A stretch of DNA of 64,000 bases from Antedon mediterranea. Taxonomy: Eukaryota > Animalia > Echinodermata. The stretch spans positions 23,262,070 to 23,326,069 of the forward strand of contig NC_092671.1 in NCBI RefSeq assembly GCF_964355755.1, in the 5' to 3' direction. A model generated the notes under the pieces. The model made no database searches and was not told the DNA's origin. It saw only the letters and a program-made list of their open reading frames with translations. The first letter of the stretch is position 1; the number at the start of each line of letters is the position of its first letter. Made by a program: the position numbers and the translations under genes. Of the stretch, positions 1-11,637 are shown piece by piece.

Positions 1-522
1 AAGATTTGCAACATCCGATTACAGAAGAACATCAAGTGTCACATCCATGCTACACACACTACACTGGCCAACTCTTCAACAACGTAGGAAAAAGAAAAGA
101 TTAATGTTACTAAAACGAGCTATTAATGAGGAGATAGCCATTGACATTCCATCATATGTTAAGAAACCATCACGTCAACAACGAAATACGAACTTGCATA
201 AATATACGCCGATCTTCTGTCGTACACAATGCTACAAATACAGTTTTCTGCCCAGAACATTAAATGACTTAGGAGAGTCTTTTATAGCGATATTTTTTGC
301 TTTTTGACAATCCGCCAGGATAGTGTTCTGCGCTTTTTCTCTGCTTGTTGTTGTTCTATGTAATATATGCTTTTTGTATTGTTTTTGTATTATTTTTTCT
401 GGATAATAAATGAATATGAATATGACTGGAACAGCCTCCCGACCGAAACCGCGCTGTCTCAAAAAGCCGCATTTGAGCAAGCCCTTGATAAATTCATAAA
501 AGTTTATAGATAAATAAATAAA
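1..522 (+). mobile_element. 3' end of a CR1/L2-group non-LTR retrotransposon
   Basis: ORF 47-307 carries the typical RT C-terminus (SSVTSML..LHWPTLQQRR...YSFLPRT), followed by a (TAAA)n tail at about 510-522. Confidence 0.75.
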
Positions 523-999
523 ATTGAGCACACGTGGCGTACCGTAAGCTGCAAACACACTGGATTATAGTGCTGAAATCAGCGATGTCCAGTCATCATT
601 CTGAAGATTCTGAAGATTATGGCGATAAAATTTCATTTGTAAACGTTTACGTACGATTGGAATAGTATTTATTTATACAGTAGTTATATGCACGATCGCC
701 GTACCCCCAGCGCAAGCCCTCTTGGCGGCCACATGGTGTACGGTATTCGACTAGTATATTCTCCAGGTGATTATAGCATGGACCTAGCGTACACACTTCA
801 ATTCTCGGATACATACATAGATACTAATCGAATACGATTGTCCGTGAAAACGTGCGCCCTCTCGAAATGATCGAGCGAGGCTAGCCCACACGTACATGTT
901 ACACACACGGTCATGCACTCGATGTTGCGGCTGTTGAGGCTGGGCGCAGCCGAGCCTAGGTAAGAAAAAACCTAAATAAAGGACGCTGTTGCAGATATA

Positions 1000-1166
1000 A
1001 CAAAATATATTATTACAATAATATTGATTACAATTTAAAAAAACATTGTTTTGATGAAATATAAGGTGCGTCTTATACACCGACGATATAAAAAATACCG
1101 ATATTTTACTCTCAGTTAGGGGGTGCGTCTTATGCACAGGTGCGACTTATACACCGAAATATACGG
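1000..1166. mobile_element. Tc2/pogo-like (TcMar) element terminus
   Basis: Ends ...GACTTATACACCGAAATATACGG|TA with subterminal GTGCG(T/A)CTTAT repeats. A related end lies at 22709. The partner TIR was not found. Confidence 0.65.
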
Positions 1167-1452
1167 TAGTTCGAAATGTTCATGGTTCAAAATGGTCATA
1201 CAAATTTCAAGTCTATTAATAATTATAAAATAAAGTCTCAAATAATAAACACATCCGTTCACTACCCCAACCATACCGTACAAATACACACAATATTGCC
1301 TTATCTAGATTGGACTAGACCACTTACAATTACACCTCAAACATACTTCAATTAAAAAAAATTATGAGTTATGAGAAAACTTTTTAATTTTAGGCAATTC
1401 AATTTCATGCACGGTCAGTTTGGGAGATTCAAAATCAAAATAAAATACTCAC

Positions 1453-1569
1453 TATCCTCTTTCATATCGTCAATATCTGAACAACTTGAGTAGTCATCAA
1501 TATCAGATCCAGAAGCAATTTCTTGGATAGCATTTGGTGTTTGAACTTCCATTTTTTCATTACCTAAAG
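1453..1569 (-). CDS. Probable downstream coding exon of the same TANC-like gene (acidic/Ser-rich linker)
   Basis: ttttattcccaccAG acceptor (alternative tAG 6 nt further in) and A|GTGAGT donor. Phase 1-1 fits the RING exon's phase-1 end. Open frame (A)LGNEKMEVQTPNAIQEIASGSDIDDYSSCSDIDDMKED. Confidence 0.6.
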
Positions 1570-1686
1570 CTGGTGGGAATAAAATGTTAAAGCATGATTT
1601 TAACTACAGTAAATTTCAAACAACTTTTAAAAAGTAACTGTATACCGGTGGTACTCGGTATAAGGAAACTTATAATTAATATATCC

Positions 1687-1783
1687 ATTAATTATAAATA
1701 GAACCTATGTTAGTTCATAATGTTAATATTCAAATTTTGAATATTAATATTATAAACTAACATAGGTTCTATTTATGATTAAT
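1687..1783. repeat. Near-perfect 97-bp palindrome
   Basis: 48-bp arms with 3 mismatches around a 1-nt centre (…TATTCAAA-T-TTTGAATA…). Confidence 0.85.
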
Positions 1784-1989
1784 ACTGTATTTTAGATCAG
1801 CATAGTAAATGTTACGCTCTGATTAAATACTTTTTATTCTTGGTACCAATAATTTACGAAACATAGGCCTAGGCTACCCAACGTACAGTGTGCAGACCTT
1901 TGCACTGCATGTTTATGTGATTTGACCTTTGAACTAGATTACCTTTAACAGTCTTTTACTGGTCTGATACTTTGCCATCATATTTAAAT

Positions 1990-3399
1990 GAGATTAATAA
2001 TTTTGTAAAATATAGTAATGATAACTTTTTAGAATTGAATGTTGAAAAAACAAAGGAAATGATTATAGATTTTAGAAAGAAAAGTGTATAAATATAAAAA
2101 ATATATGTGATCTAGTTAAAGACACCTTCCCTACAATTTGTGACGTTTTGTAAAAATAATACATATATATTAGTATTACTTTAAAAACATTAAACCAGGT
2201 CATTCCTTGTCTTAAATGTACGTTTTATGGTAAATTGTGATAAAAAGTGAGAAACAATGCACTACCTAAGTAGATCACGGCGACTGACCTCTCGTGGACG
2301 GTCTTTAGGCCTAGCCTAGCTAGGCTTAGTTTTGTAGGCCTAGCTGGTAAACATCGGTAACGTACGAACATCGTACGCTAGCTATATACATAGTCTGACG
2401 TTGTATAGTTGCTGCATTAATTGTCTTTCTATTTTTGCCAGACTCCGTTGATACAAATTGGGGAAAATCCGGTATTTTCGCTGAAAAGTTAGGAGTCTTC
2501 CATTTGTTTTGGCCTCGTGATCGATCGAAAAGTGGGTTAATTACAGAAGAAAAGCAGAAATATCAATCCGCGCGCAATGCATTTTGGGATTTATAGCGGG
2601 CCGCTATAATTATTAGAATCGACTTGTTTTTCCCATTTTTAACCATTTAAAGACGAAAAAAGTTATCGCAATAGGACCATATAGTATTATTTTTACATTA
2701 AATATAGTTTGTGATCTTAAAATAGATCTAAAAAACGTAGGGAAGGTGTCTTTAACATAATGGGTAGACAAATTCAGAGGGTGAAAACATAAATATATGG
2801 GGGTTGTATTTAACAATAAATTGACGTGGAGTAACCACTTTATGAAGAAAGTCAATACTAGAATGTACTGTTTAAGACAACTAAACAAGTTCAGTGTAAT
2901 GTAAATAATAATATTTTGATTACATTCTATCAGTCTATTATTGTTAGGGTTTGGAAATATTGTATTGCATGGTGGGGTGGAAATGCTACAGATGGAGATA
3001 ATGGGTAGAATTGATCGTGTGGTAAAAGGGTTGAGAGAATGTCTGATTTGTGTCAGCAGTCGGTGGATTCAGTTTATTGCGAGAACCTGGACAGGCTTTT
3101 TGGGATTGTGTTGAGGGATGAAAGTCATCCTTTGAATCCCAATTTAGGCAGTCTCAGGAGTGCTCGCAGTGGAAGATTGCGATCTGCGGCTGCTGGCACA
3201 AACCGATATCTTTTCTCCTTTCTGCTCACAGGTATCAGGAGACATCAGATGAGCACCATGGAATAATATGTTCTTGTTGTGAGTTTTTAAAATTGGTATT
3301 GTTTCGTGTTGTTATAAATATTGTAATTTTGATGTATTTTAAGACGAGAAATGTAATTTTCTCCTTGTGGGAACGAATAAAGATTATACTTGATACTTG
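1990..3399 (+). mobile_element. Degenerate Rex/Babar-like LINE 3' fragment interrupted by a Kolobok-like MITE
   Basis: Remnant peptides NFLELNVEKTKEMIIDFRK, YKYMGVVFNNKLTWSNH and VLRDESHPL..TNRYLFSF; AATAAA followed by a (TACTTGA)2 tail. Confidence 0.7.
2120..2751 (+). mobile_element. Kolobok-like MITE, copy 1
   Basis: TTAA TSDs at 2116-2119 and 2752-2755; perfect 15-bp TIR AGACACCTTCCCTAC; near-identical to the copies at 9593 and 46851. Confidence 0.85.
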
Positions 3400-4775
3400 A
3401 TGGAGGACTCTCCGTGTAGACCAGGCGCCAAGAGAATATATTCATGTAAAAAGTCACAACAACTTTGATGGGCTGATTATGTAGATATATAGACAAGATT
3501 CAATAATCAATATTGCTGCCAGGTCCTATCCTGTAAATTATATTTAAGATCATCATCAACATTGCTCCTAGTTATTTAAAATTAAAAAATTAAAAAAATT
3601 TACCCTGGGGACACAAAATTAGGCGTAAAAAATGGATCTAATCATGTGAAAAGTCACACGGATAGTTGTTGGACATCGTTCCATGTGTATACAATGTTAA
3701 AACAGCAATGACGACAGCAACTTTATATCCTGTAAGTTGCCCGAGACAGTAGCCCTAATAGTCCAGTGGCAGTCTCACCACCTGACGGGGGACAAATTGC
3801 CATCCAACTTTTCTAGAACAGAATTTTCCGTAGATTATGAATCTGATAGGTAATTATTATTGTTGTAATTTTTAATTAATACAAACATTGAGAAGCAACT
3901 GTCAGTAATAATGTTTATTTGTGTATTATGTATTGAAATTTCAAAATTCACAATATTAATTTCTAATCAATTTCACGTACATTTCAGGTCATTTTGAGCA
4001 TTTAAAATAATTTAATTAATTTTAAATACATTTTTTTCGTTTTGCGCACGCACTTGTGCGCACAGCTCGTACAAAACATAGAAAAATGGTTTTTCTAATT
4101 GATTTTGTTTTTCATACCTTCTGTAGTAGATTTTATTCATTTTTATAAACTTTAATTGCAAATAACGATCTTTTGTACTAGTTAATCCCATCTAATAGAG
4201 CGCATCGCTCTAATGCGTGCCCCATTTTCTCCTAGATTTTAATAATAATATGTTGCTAAATCAATTTTTTTTCACATGAGTTTTTCATGTTTATTACGTC
4301 ATCATATAAAAAAATTAGAATAATGTGAGTGACTTAATTTCATACACAGTATATTTTAATATTTTTAATCTCATCGGAATGAAAAGTGACCCACATCATT
4401 AGGCGTCATGTCAAAATGTTTAAAAACGATGACTATGCGTGAAACGCGTATTCTTTTGTTCTTTAAACTTGACCGTACTTCCAATTGTGAAACAACGTGA
4501 AAAACGCTAATATGCACAGCTCAATATTAGTCCCGCCCCCACTGCATGCTTGACTAAATATTTGCATAAACGCGTTAAACATAACAATAATAAATCGTTT
4601 TTTTCGTTACACGCGTTTATTTCGTTTTTAAAAAAATAAAAACTAAATCGTAAAAGTAAGTTGGTACGTTGTCAATCGATCGCCGCTAGGCCGTACATAC
4701 GCTGAACCTAGGTACGTAGTAGCCTAGGTCCAACCTATCCTTGATTTAAGGTGCGTTGCGATCTCATAATACATA

Positions 4776-7700
4776 TAGGCCATAAGCAGTAGCTCAAAAG
4801 ATGCCTAGAACATGGATTTTGTTCCCACCTCTTGGATCTACATTTTGAAAGTTGATATTGTGAAATGAATATGTTACACATACTATATCAAAAGTTCTCC
4901 ATGAAATACTTGTACACTTTTGAGCAATGGCCTCTCAAAGGTACCCCACTACTGCAAAAAAGGCACTTTTTGAGGTCTGGAGGTACTTTTATGGGCCAAT
5001 ATCTTTAAAAGTCTTTGTCCAAATGCAATTGTCTTTTCTCTGTGAGTAGTCCAGTATATTGTGAACACTTATCCAAAATTTAAAATTTAAAAAATAAGTA
5101 TTTTGTATGTGAGGAAAACTGAAAAATTACAATTATTTAGTTGTAATTGCACTTTTCAAGATGTTTAAGACACAATATCTTCGTAACTAATTGACATACC
5201 ATATTTATATTTTTTTCCCAACTATTTGAGAGGGTTGTTAAACAAAATTCAAAGTTTCAGCTTGTCAGCTTCAGGGAGGTTTTATTTATGAAGATGCAAA
5301 AACTGAGATTTGGCCAATTTTATAGATAATTTTAATATCTTTTAGTCGTTTTTTGAGCAGTTATATTTTAATAATCAACTCTCACTATGTATTTATATTC
5401 ATGCAATGGGTATCCTAGTGAGTTAGTGACACACAAGTGAAGTTTCAACGCAAAAGAAATTATTATGCAATAATATGATAGTAACTTACATTGCATTTTT
5501 GTTTGTTTTTAGTGCCAATTTTGTGTGAACTCGACTCAAACCGTAAAAGGCGCCTGAATAAATACTATGCCTTTTCTGTACAACTACCCGAGAGGGTTGA
5601 TAAACAACCTTTTCAAACCAGCTTGATGATTTTTTTTATATAGGAAGATGCACTGCACCAGCTGAGAATTTGCTAATTTTATAGATAATTTTGATGTTTT
5701 ATTTGTTTTTGAGGAGTACGTAAGCCTACATGATTTCTTAGAAAGTGACTTGCCATAATAATATTTATATTCATGCAATGGGTATGCTAGGTTAGTGACA
5801 CCTGAGTAAATTTTCAACACAAACAATAAATGATTATGCAATAACTTATTTATTGTAACTTAAATATTGCATTTTTTAGTGCCAATTTAGGCCAGGAGCT
5901 TCCATAAAAACAACCCATTTTTTTCTGTGAAACACCAGATAAGTAGGCCTGCCAGCCCATTTTTACTGTTTTTATATTGATAACATGAATGTAACTCTTG
6001 TGGAGAGAACTATTATTGTTGATAATGATATGAGATGGACATATATACACACAATATACAACAAATACCTTGTAATGTATTTTCATTTATTTTTTTTTTG
6101 TTTCTTTTGGATTTGTGTTTTTTTACAACCCTACATGTTGCCCAATATACAATGTATATAATCCTACTCTTCTCTAGATACGTTGTACCAGCATAACTAG
6201 TAGTCAAGTAGAAAACTTGTCAATTTCAGGTGTGGCATAGCCAGTGTACAATGGAAATAGCAAATATACTTTAACTAATTAATAAGTAATAATTACTATG
6301 TGGAATATCCTTCATATACAGTATGTACATACTACGTGGTCCAGGTAGGTAGGTACAATTAAACATAGATTCAGCAACATTTGCAGTAAGTATTTTACAT
6401 TCAGCCAGTTGATGGTTTTGAAGTTTATGAACAATTCAAGATGATGACAATTGTTTTGAAGCTGGTATCATTTCTGTAACAAATAATCAAGAATAGATTA
6501 TCTAATTTATATCGATTACTTAATATTTTAGTTAAACTGAATATTATTAAATTACAATGAATCTTTTTAGTTTTATATTAAAAAATTAGTTCAGATTTGT
6601 GGTAAACCATACACAGAAATGTTGAAACATTCTCAACTTTACTTACTCTACCACACACTTTCCATTACTATATAGTGTTTATTGACAATGCAACCTGGTA
6701 TATAAAACATTTTTAAAGTAATGGATGTTTTTCAGCTATTTCTTGCATTCATTACTATTTTTAACTTTCATTACTAATTTTACTACTATTGTATATAATT
6801 ATAACAAAACATAAATCATTTGGCATTTCTCATCTCTAGGCCTAACATTAAAAAAGGATCCAAAACTTACCAGAATCAGTGAACGTGTTCAGCATTTTTG
6901 TGCCTCCTTTCCACTAGACAACCTAGACATAAATAATTGAAGATAAATTGAATTGAAATGATACAGTTGAAATGAAATAAATTATTTTAAATTAAAATTA
7001 AGCATTTATAAATAAAAATAATACCGGGCTGATGTATGAATACTAGGCCTAGTCTTCGGACCAGGCCATCAAAATGAATGCATAATACTAAATAGGATAG
7101 CCTAGGTACAGTATAGGGAAAGCCTGCTTACTAGGCCAGACCAAATTAATTATTTCAAACAATAGAGAGAAATGGCGAACCGGCGTCTAAAATCCGAGTG
7201 GGTATAAAATCATAACAAACCGTTGAGGGCGGCACATTTCCTATGTTTATACACGTGAATCATGGCGTCGTCTAACCAATGTTGTTGCTGTAACGCTCAT
7301 AATTCTTGTTATGTATAAAAGTCATCCATCATTCACAATCATATTCCTAAAAATATCTCATATCTGTAGGTCTACATTAGACTAGGCCTATAGTATTATA
7401 GTAGAATGGTGTTATCAAGTATTCATTACTGGCGATAGCCCCCTCCCTGCAGGAAGGAACGCCGCATCACTAGCCACATAACAAAATGGCAGTTGTCAAG
7501 CTGAAACTAATGCTTAGGCTAGGCCTACATCTACTAGAGATGCTTTATTTAGTCTTACTACCTAGCTACTGTAGGAGAGGCTTAGCAGCACCCTAGCTAA
7601 AGTAGTAGTAGTAGTACAGTATGCAATAACGAATTTCCAATATTATTATGATTATTATGATTATTATTAATCCCTGATCCGTGCTAGGCTCGAGTACTCG

Positions 7701-8860
7701 AGGTACTACAGCATATACAGGCCAACTATCTAGGGCCTAGAGCTGGGTACTCTATATAACAAAAACGCGTCTTAATTCAATCCAAATTAAAATAAAATAT
7801 GTTAAGATTTGCCCATATAACATTAAAATTGTTAAGGGGTTGCAAAAAAAAAATATACTGCTATTATGTGTGTTTTAAACGTTCTTTTCTACCTACTTTT
7901 TAAACTCAACCCATCGGAATTTCCCATACAAAAACATGTGACGAAATGGTTTGTTTACAATCTATACCCACTCGGTGAAATTTGAGTGACGTCATCGCGG
8001 TTCGCCATTTCTCTCTATTGTAATTATTAATAATAATAAATAATAATATATTAATTTTAATGTGTATTTATTGTGTTTGCTCAAAATGTACTAAAATTAT
8101 GCTATCCTCACCTGTGTCTTTGTATTCCGTTTGTCGCCGTTTTAACTTAATAATAGCCCATTAAGTTATAGTTTAGTAGCAGGCCTAACTGTACTGTACT
8201 GCTGCTGGGCCTAGCCTATGCCATCTTGAGAGTAGCCTAGTATACACCTCCAGACCTAGGCTAGTGTGCTACCTTAAGCCTTTAGGCTAGAGCCTAAAGA
8301 CGTAGCTAGCTAGCCTAGCCTTTCTGTACGAATATTATTAATATAGCACACTGGTTTAAGTGGTAACATTCTAAAAATCCCATTTCTTATATGAGCAGGA
8401 GACTATTTCAATACAATAGGATGATCATAAGATGCATCATTTCTTCGTTTACAGTAGCATTTGTTTGGTGGGGAATCATACAAATTTTCCTCCACGTCTA
8501 GCTCCATTCATCATGATTGAATATTTTTGTCCACGTGTGACGTTGCCGTGTGTGAGTTTTGGGGATTCCCCTCATCTGTAACCAGAGCATGATTGGTGAA
8601 ATACGATCACGTGGTACAGTTTTTAAGACGTTGCGGATAATTTGAACGTGTAACGTTCGGCCCGACCAAATCACTCACGCGGTGTATATTAAAATAAAGT
8701 ACCAAAATAAAACAGTAATTTCTCAAAATTGTCTAACACGATTATGGAGAACTTTTGATATGTTGTTATTTATAAAATTATTATTCTAAATATGTAAAGA
8801 AATTGTAGATCCATGACATCGGAACGAGATGAAACGTTAGAATTTACTGCTTATGGCCTA
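4776..8860. mobile_element. Non-autonomous Academ-like DNA transposon
   Basis: TIR TAGGCCATAAGCAGTA/TACTGCTTATGGCCTA with a 3-bp ATA TSD; further inverted patches GGATCTACA and CAAAAGTTCTCCAT; TAG..CTA termini are typical of Academ. Confidence 0.65.
7164..8016. mobile_element. ISL2EU/Harbinger-group MITE
   Basis: Perfect TIR AGAGAGAAATGGCGAACCG with AT on both flanks. Confidence 0.7.
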
Positions 8861-9592
8861 ATAACAATTATTAACCTAAAAAACAATGAAATCGCAGATA
8901 GCCGAATGTGTAATAACTGTAAAATGCAACTGTAATACAAATAAAATACCTATTTAAAGTTCGCTCAGTAAAGGCTGGTTTCCTGTCGACGTAAGAAGTC
9001 GAATTTTGCAACGATTCTTGCGTTTCATACGTTTCTTACGTCTCTTACGAAAGTTGAGAAAAAATTGACGTCGTTGACGTTAGTCAAGATCGTGTCGGGC
9101 CGCAGAGAAACATCTGTAGTTATGCTGCTCCCGAAAGTTGAAATTTTGGCTGTGAAACACACGTCGTATGCTTACGTCGATTTTAGTGTTGTTACGAAAG
9201 TTGAAATTTTTTTCTTACGTCGGTCGAATTTATGACGTATTTGAAACAACATCTCTGATTGGTGTTTCTTTTTAGAGCGGGTTTTATTATTTTTCGCGCA
9301 AAATGTTGAATGTTGTTATTGTAGCCTACCTGTCAGTGCAGCACACCAACATGTTATTTTCAGTAGATAAGCTAGGCCCTAGTATTAGTAAAATACTTAA
9401 TTAATACTGTACGGTACCGTACTAATAGGAATTGATTTGACCAAATAATCAAACTAGCCTAGGCTAGTAGGCCTATGTATTATTTGTATGAATCAAAATA
9501 TGAATTAATTATCCTGGCCCTCTAGGCCTAGCCTTAAATAGTTTTCAAAATTAAAAAAAGGCAAATCATTTCGAGATTCCTATTATTATTAA

Positions 9593-10218
9593 AGACCCCT
9601 TCCCTGCAAATTTGGACGTTTTTTGGAAAATAATACATATATATCACTTTAAAAACATTAAACCATGTCATTCCTTGTCTTAAATGTACGTTTTATGGTA
9701 AATTATGATAAAAAGTGAGAAACAATGCACTACCTAAGTAGCTCGCGGCGATCGACCTCTCGTGGACGGTCTTAGGCCTAGCCTAGCTAGGCTTAGTTTT
9801 GTAGGCCTAGCTGGTAAACATCGGTAACGTACGAACATCGTACGCGAGCTATATACCTAGCCTGACGTTGTATAGTTGCTGCATTAATTGTCTTTCTATT
9901 TTTGCCAGACTCCGTTGATACAAATTGGGGAAAACCCGGTATTTTCGTTGAAAAGTTAGCAGTCTTCCATTTGTTTTGGCCTCACGATCGATCGAAAAGT
10001 GGGCGAATTACAGGTGAAAAACAAAAATATCAATCCGCGCGCAATGCATTTTGGGATTTATAGCGGGCCGCTATAATTATTAGAATCGGCTTATTTTTCA
10101 CATTTTTAACCGTTTAAAGACGAAAAAAGTTATCGCAATAGGACCATATAGTATTATTTTTACATTAAATATAGTTTGTGATGTTAAATTAGATCTAAAA
10201 AACGTAGGGAATGGGGCT
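9593..10218 (+). mobile_element. Kolobok-like MITE, copy 2 (nested in a Harbinger element)
   Basis: TTAA TSDs, AG..CT termini, same internal sequence as copy 1. Confidence 0.85.
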
Positions 10219-10356
10219 TTAAACCTACCTAGGCCCTAGACTAGGCATTGGCCTATTGGCCTAAAAGCATATCTAATCGAGCATGAGATAGTACTACCGC
10301 AGTAAGATACCCATTATTTACAGGCCTATAATCTATATATAAATTTACGTAAGGGC

Positions 10357-11637
10357 AAAATTCGGTAAATCGCGCTTTACTTCTAGAATTTTTACTCGAT
10401 GGTATATAAAGTTGGTTCGTACTTTCGGTACTGATTTTAACCACCTGATGTAACCCTGTTTACTAATTAAATTAAGTTAGATAATTAGTTATTGACGATT
10501 AAAACGAATTTAGGTTCAACGATTTGCCCCAAATAGGGGTGTTTTCCGATCGTGGTATACACTGTCTAATAATGGAAAATCTTGAAAAATACCCGCCACA
10601 AAAATGCGAGGAGGCTTCGCATTTTCCTATCTCCTCCTACGATAATTGTTTTTAATAGCTGAAAACCGGTTGAACAGCTAGAGTACAGCATCATAATGTT
10701 GAAGACAGACCGATTTTCTTTAAAAAATACTATTTTGATTTAATATACGATTATACAAATGTATTGATTTGCGATGAATGGAACATCCCAATCTCTCAGT
10801 CTGCCAGAGTTTGGTTTAACACAAGTAGGTAAATTTATGAGCCCTTGGTTTAACACATACGGTAGGTAAATATATGGGCCCTTTGAGAATAAACTTGAAC
10901 AATACTGTAAATACCTATTATAATTACCTATTTTTGGTCCTCATTTGAATCGAACATTTTTTACTGTGAATGTTCGTACTGTTAGATGTAATATAAAAAT
11001 ATATACAAATAAACTTATTACTGAGATTGTGGATAGGCTCTACTGTTAGATATATAAACACATTATTTATACAAACAAACTATACTGACAGTTCCTTCTC
11101 AACGTTTGTATTAATTAATAATTACCAAAAATATAAACGTCGTAGTGGTGTATCGTGACTATATTTCAATCGATTATGACAGTGACAGTTTTAACAAAAG
11201 GTATTAAATCGCAAATTTTTTACTGTATTTAGAGGTATATTATTTATAGGCCTATAAAACATGAAAAAAATATTTCGTTACTGAGTGCATAAAGAATATA
11301 TTTAAAAATTGTTCCTCTTTGCACCTATCCGCTTTCCCATCCCTCAACCCTAATGTTACATCTCCCTGGTTACATACAAAACACAAATTGGGTTTCTTTA
11401 AATGACTCATTTTGTGATAAGTTTTTCCTTCGGAAATAATTCCCAGGGTGTTAATTTTAGTTGACTACATAAATCATCGTGTCTATTTTTTCGTTTCTGT
11501 AAACGACAATGTATTATAGTCCTGCGGTACGTACATTTGAAATCGCCAGTTTTGCTACTCTGAAATAACTATGTATTCAAGAACCATCTGTGGGTACGAC
11601 CTAGATGGTACGCGAGCGAAGCGAGCGTACCATCTAG
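10357..11637 (+). mobile_element. Helitron/Helentron-like repeat family B, ending in a 37-nt hairpin + CTAG
   Basis: Matches 35295-36440 and 60211-60697 in inverted orientation. Terminal palindrome CTAGATGGTACGC-loop-GCGTACCATCTAG|T. Confidence 0.7.

Noticed and set aside
540-546. TACCGTA as the left TIR of the Tc2 element ending at 1166
   Set aside because: Only 5 bp match the TIR; a footprint or chance match is more likely.
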